Source: a bacterium
GTDB lineage: Bacteria; Vulcanimicrobiota; Xenobia; Xenobiales; JADMJV01
Reading direction: 5' to 3'
Assembly: GCA_018780265.1 (NCBI GenBank)
Contig: JADMJV010000035.1
Span: 10,491-74,490, forward strand
Length of the DNA stretch: 64,000 nt
The notes under the pieces were generated by a model. It did no database searches and was not told the DNA's origin. It worked only from the letters and a program-made list of their open reading frames with translations. The position numbers were made by a program, and so were the translations under genes. Positions 63,086 to 64,000 of the stretch are shown here, in pieces (the stretch's first letter is position 1; every line of letters starts with the position of its first letter).

Positions 63086-64000
63086 GGCTTGCCCTTCTTC
63101 CCTTTGCGAGGCGGATCTGAGTCAGAATCGGCGTCCCTCAGGCGTTGCTCAAGCTGAGCCACCTGAGCCAGCGCGTCGGCCAGTTCGCGCTGCAAAATGG
63201 CGGCTTTGGCTTCAGCGCGGGCGCGTTTGTTGTCGAGAGGTTCGAGTTGATTGTGCGCTTCCAGGAGCCGAGTGCGAGTGTCAACCAGGTCTTTTTCGGT
63301 CTGGGCGGACTTTTTTTCGAGTCGGGCGAACTTCTTTTGCAATTCCTCCGACATCTCGCCCGCGCCGGCCTGGCTGTCTTGGATCTGTTGGCGAGTTTCT
63401 TTTAAGTCGTTCTCATGCTGACGCAGCTTGATTTTGAGTTGATCCATGGCCGCTACTGTAGACTCGAGCTGTTCGGTTTGTTGCTGCATCAACTGGTCTT
63501 TGACTTCCAGGCGTTCTTCCAGCTCCCGTGACCTGCCCACAAAGCTTTCCAGCTTGCGCAGTTTTTCCATCTCAGCGCGAGCCTCGTCAAGGTTCGTTTG
63601 CAATTGGACGGCTATTTCTTCCCGCTTCTCCAACTGCTCTAGCAGGCTGGCGTTCTCTTCTTCCCGTTCTTGCAGCGTCCGCTGAATCTGGGCCAGTTCG
63701 TCGCGCACTTCGTCGTCAGCAGAGTCGCCCGCGCTCAACTCCAACTCGTGCATCTTGAGTTCGATTTCCATTTTTTCGGATTGAAGTTGCTCCAACTGCC
63801 CTTGCAGACTGGTGATCAGCTTGCTGTCCGACTCCGCGTCCTCCCGCAGCAGACGCAATTCTTCCAGTTCAAGTTGCTGCTCGCTGTGGTTCTCCAGATG
63901 CTCTTCACTCTTGTTCTTGTGTCGCAGTACCTCCTCTTGCAGCATTTCGATGCGCTCGTCGCGGGCATGCAGATCGATTTCTAATTCGACCAGCAAAGCG
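63082..64000 (-). CDS. coiled-coil protein, C-terminal part (gene runs off the right edge)
   Basis: The open frame reaches the window edge. E/L/Q/K-rich coiled coil ending in the basic tail PPRKGKKGKP. Confidence 0.7.
   Translation of the reverse strand, partial: ALLVELEIDLHARDERIEMLQEEVLRHKNKSEEHLENHSEQQLELEELRLLREDAESDSKLITSLQGQLEQLQSEKMEIELKMHELELSAGDSADDEVRDELAQIQRTLQEREEENASLLEQLEKREEIAVQLQTNLDEARAEMEKLRKLESFVGRSRELEERLEVKDQLMQQQTEQLESTVAAMDQLKIKLRQHENDLKETRQQIQDSQAGAGEMSEELQKKFARLEKKSAQTEKDLVDTRTRLLEAHNQLEPLDNKRARAEAKAAILQRELADALAQVAQLEQRLRDADSDSDPPRKGKKGKP

Overview
High-GC bacterial chromosomal window, gene-dense on both strands, with many 1-4 nt start/stop overlaps (tight operons). 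Contents from left to right follow. (1) 0-2.7 kb: a Crp/Fnr-type regulator with a cluster of universal stress proteins. (2) 4.0-11.0 kb: a translationally coupled minus-strand type IV filament / T2SS-like operon with one GspE-type ATPase, three tandem GspF/PilC-like platform paralogues and prepilin-type proteins. (3) A CrtI-like oxidoreductase. (4) 13.2-19.2 kb: two FecR-domain paralogues followed by two class III cyclase proteins whose catalytic residues are degenerate in a complementary way. (5) 19.3-24.4 kb: nuoL-nuoM-nuoN. (6) 26.3-33.4 kb: a long plus-strand operon of class III aminotransferase, SRPBCC protein, acyl-ACP-reductase (AAR)-family protein, conserved unknown, lysS, alr and a YkgJ-like protein. 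(7) 33.4-36.6 kb: a small accessory patch, apparently lower in GC, with an AAA-ATPase + HNH pair (Septu-like) and decayed toxin-antitoxin genes. (8) An aminotransferase and mmsA. (9) 39.5-39.9 kb: RNase P RNA, followed by MntA/HepT. (10) 42.0-46.8 kb, the most unusual locus: two soluble paralogues of the flagellar/T3SS export-gate cytoplasmic domain FlhA_C, one fused to an FlhB_C-like domain. They bracket a ~1.4 kb non-coding region at 43.5-44.9 kb built from at least six tandem structured-RNA modules with compensatory base changes. (11) The right part holds housekeeping genes (methyltransferases, NUDIX-MBL fusion, cytochrome c protein, Phd/VapC, methyltransferase::Psd fusion, pssA, SLT, greA, phhB). 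(12) 56.8-64.0 kb: a VWA membrane protein downstream of two giant coiled-coil proteins. I recognised no rRNA, tRNA, CRISPR array, transposase or integrase. All homology calls rest on motifs I recognise by eye and from memory; no searches were run.
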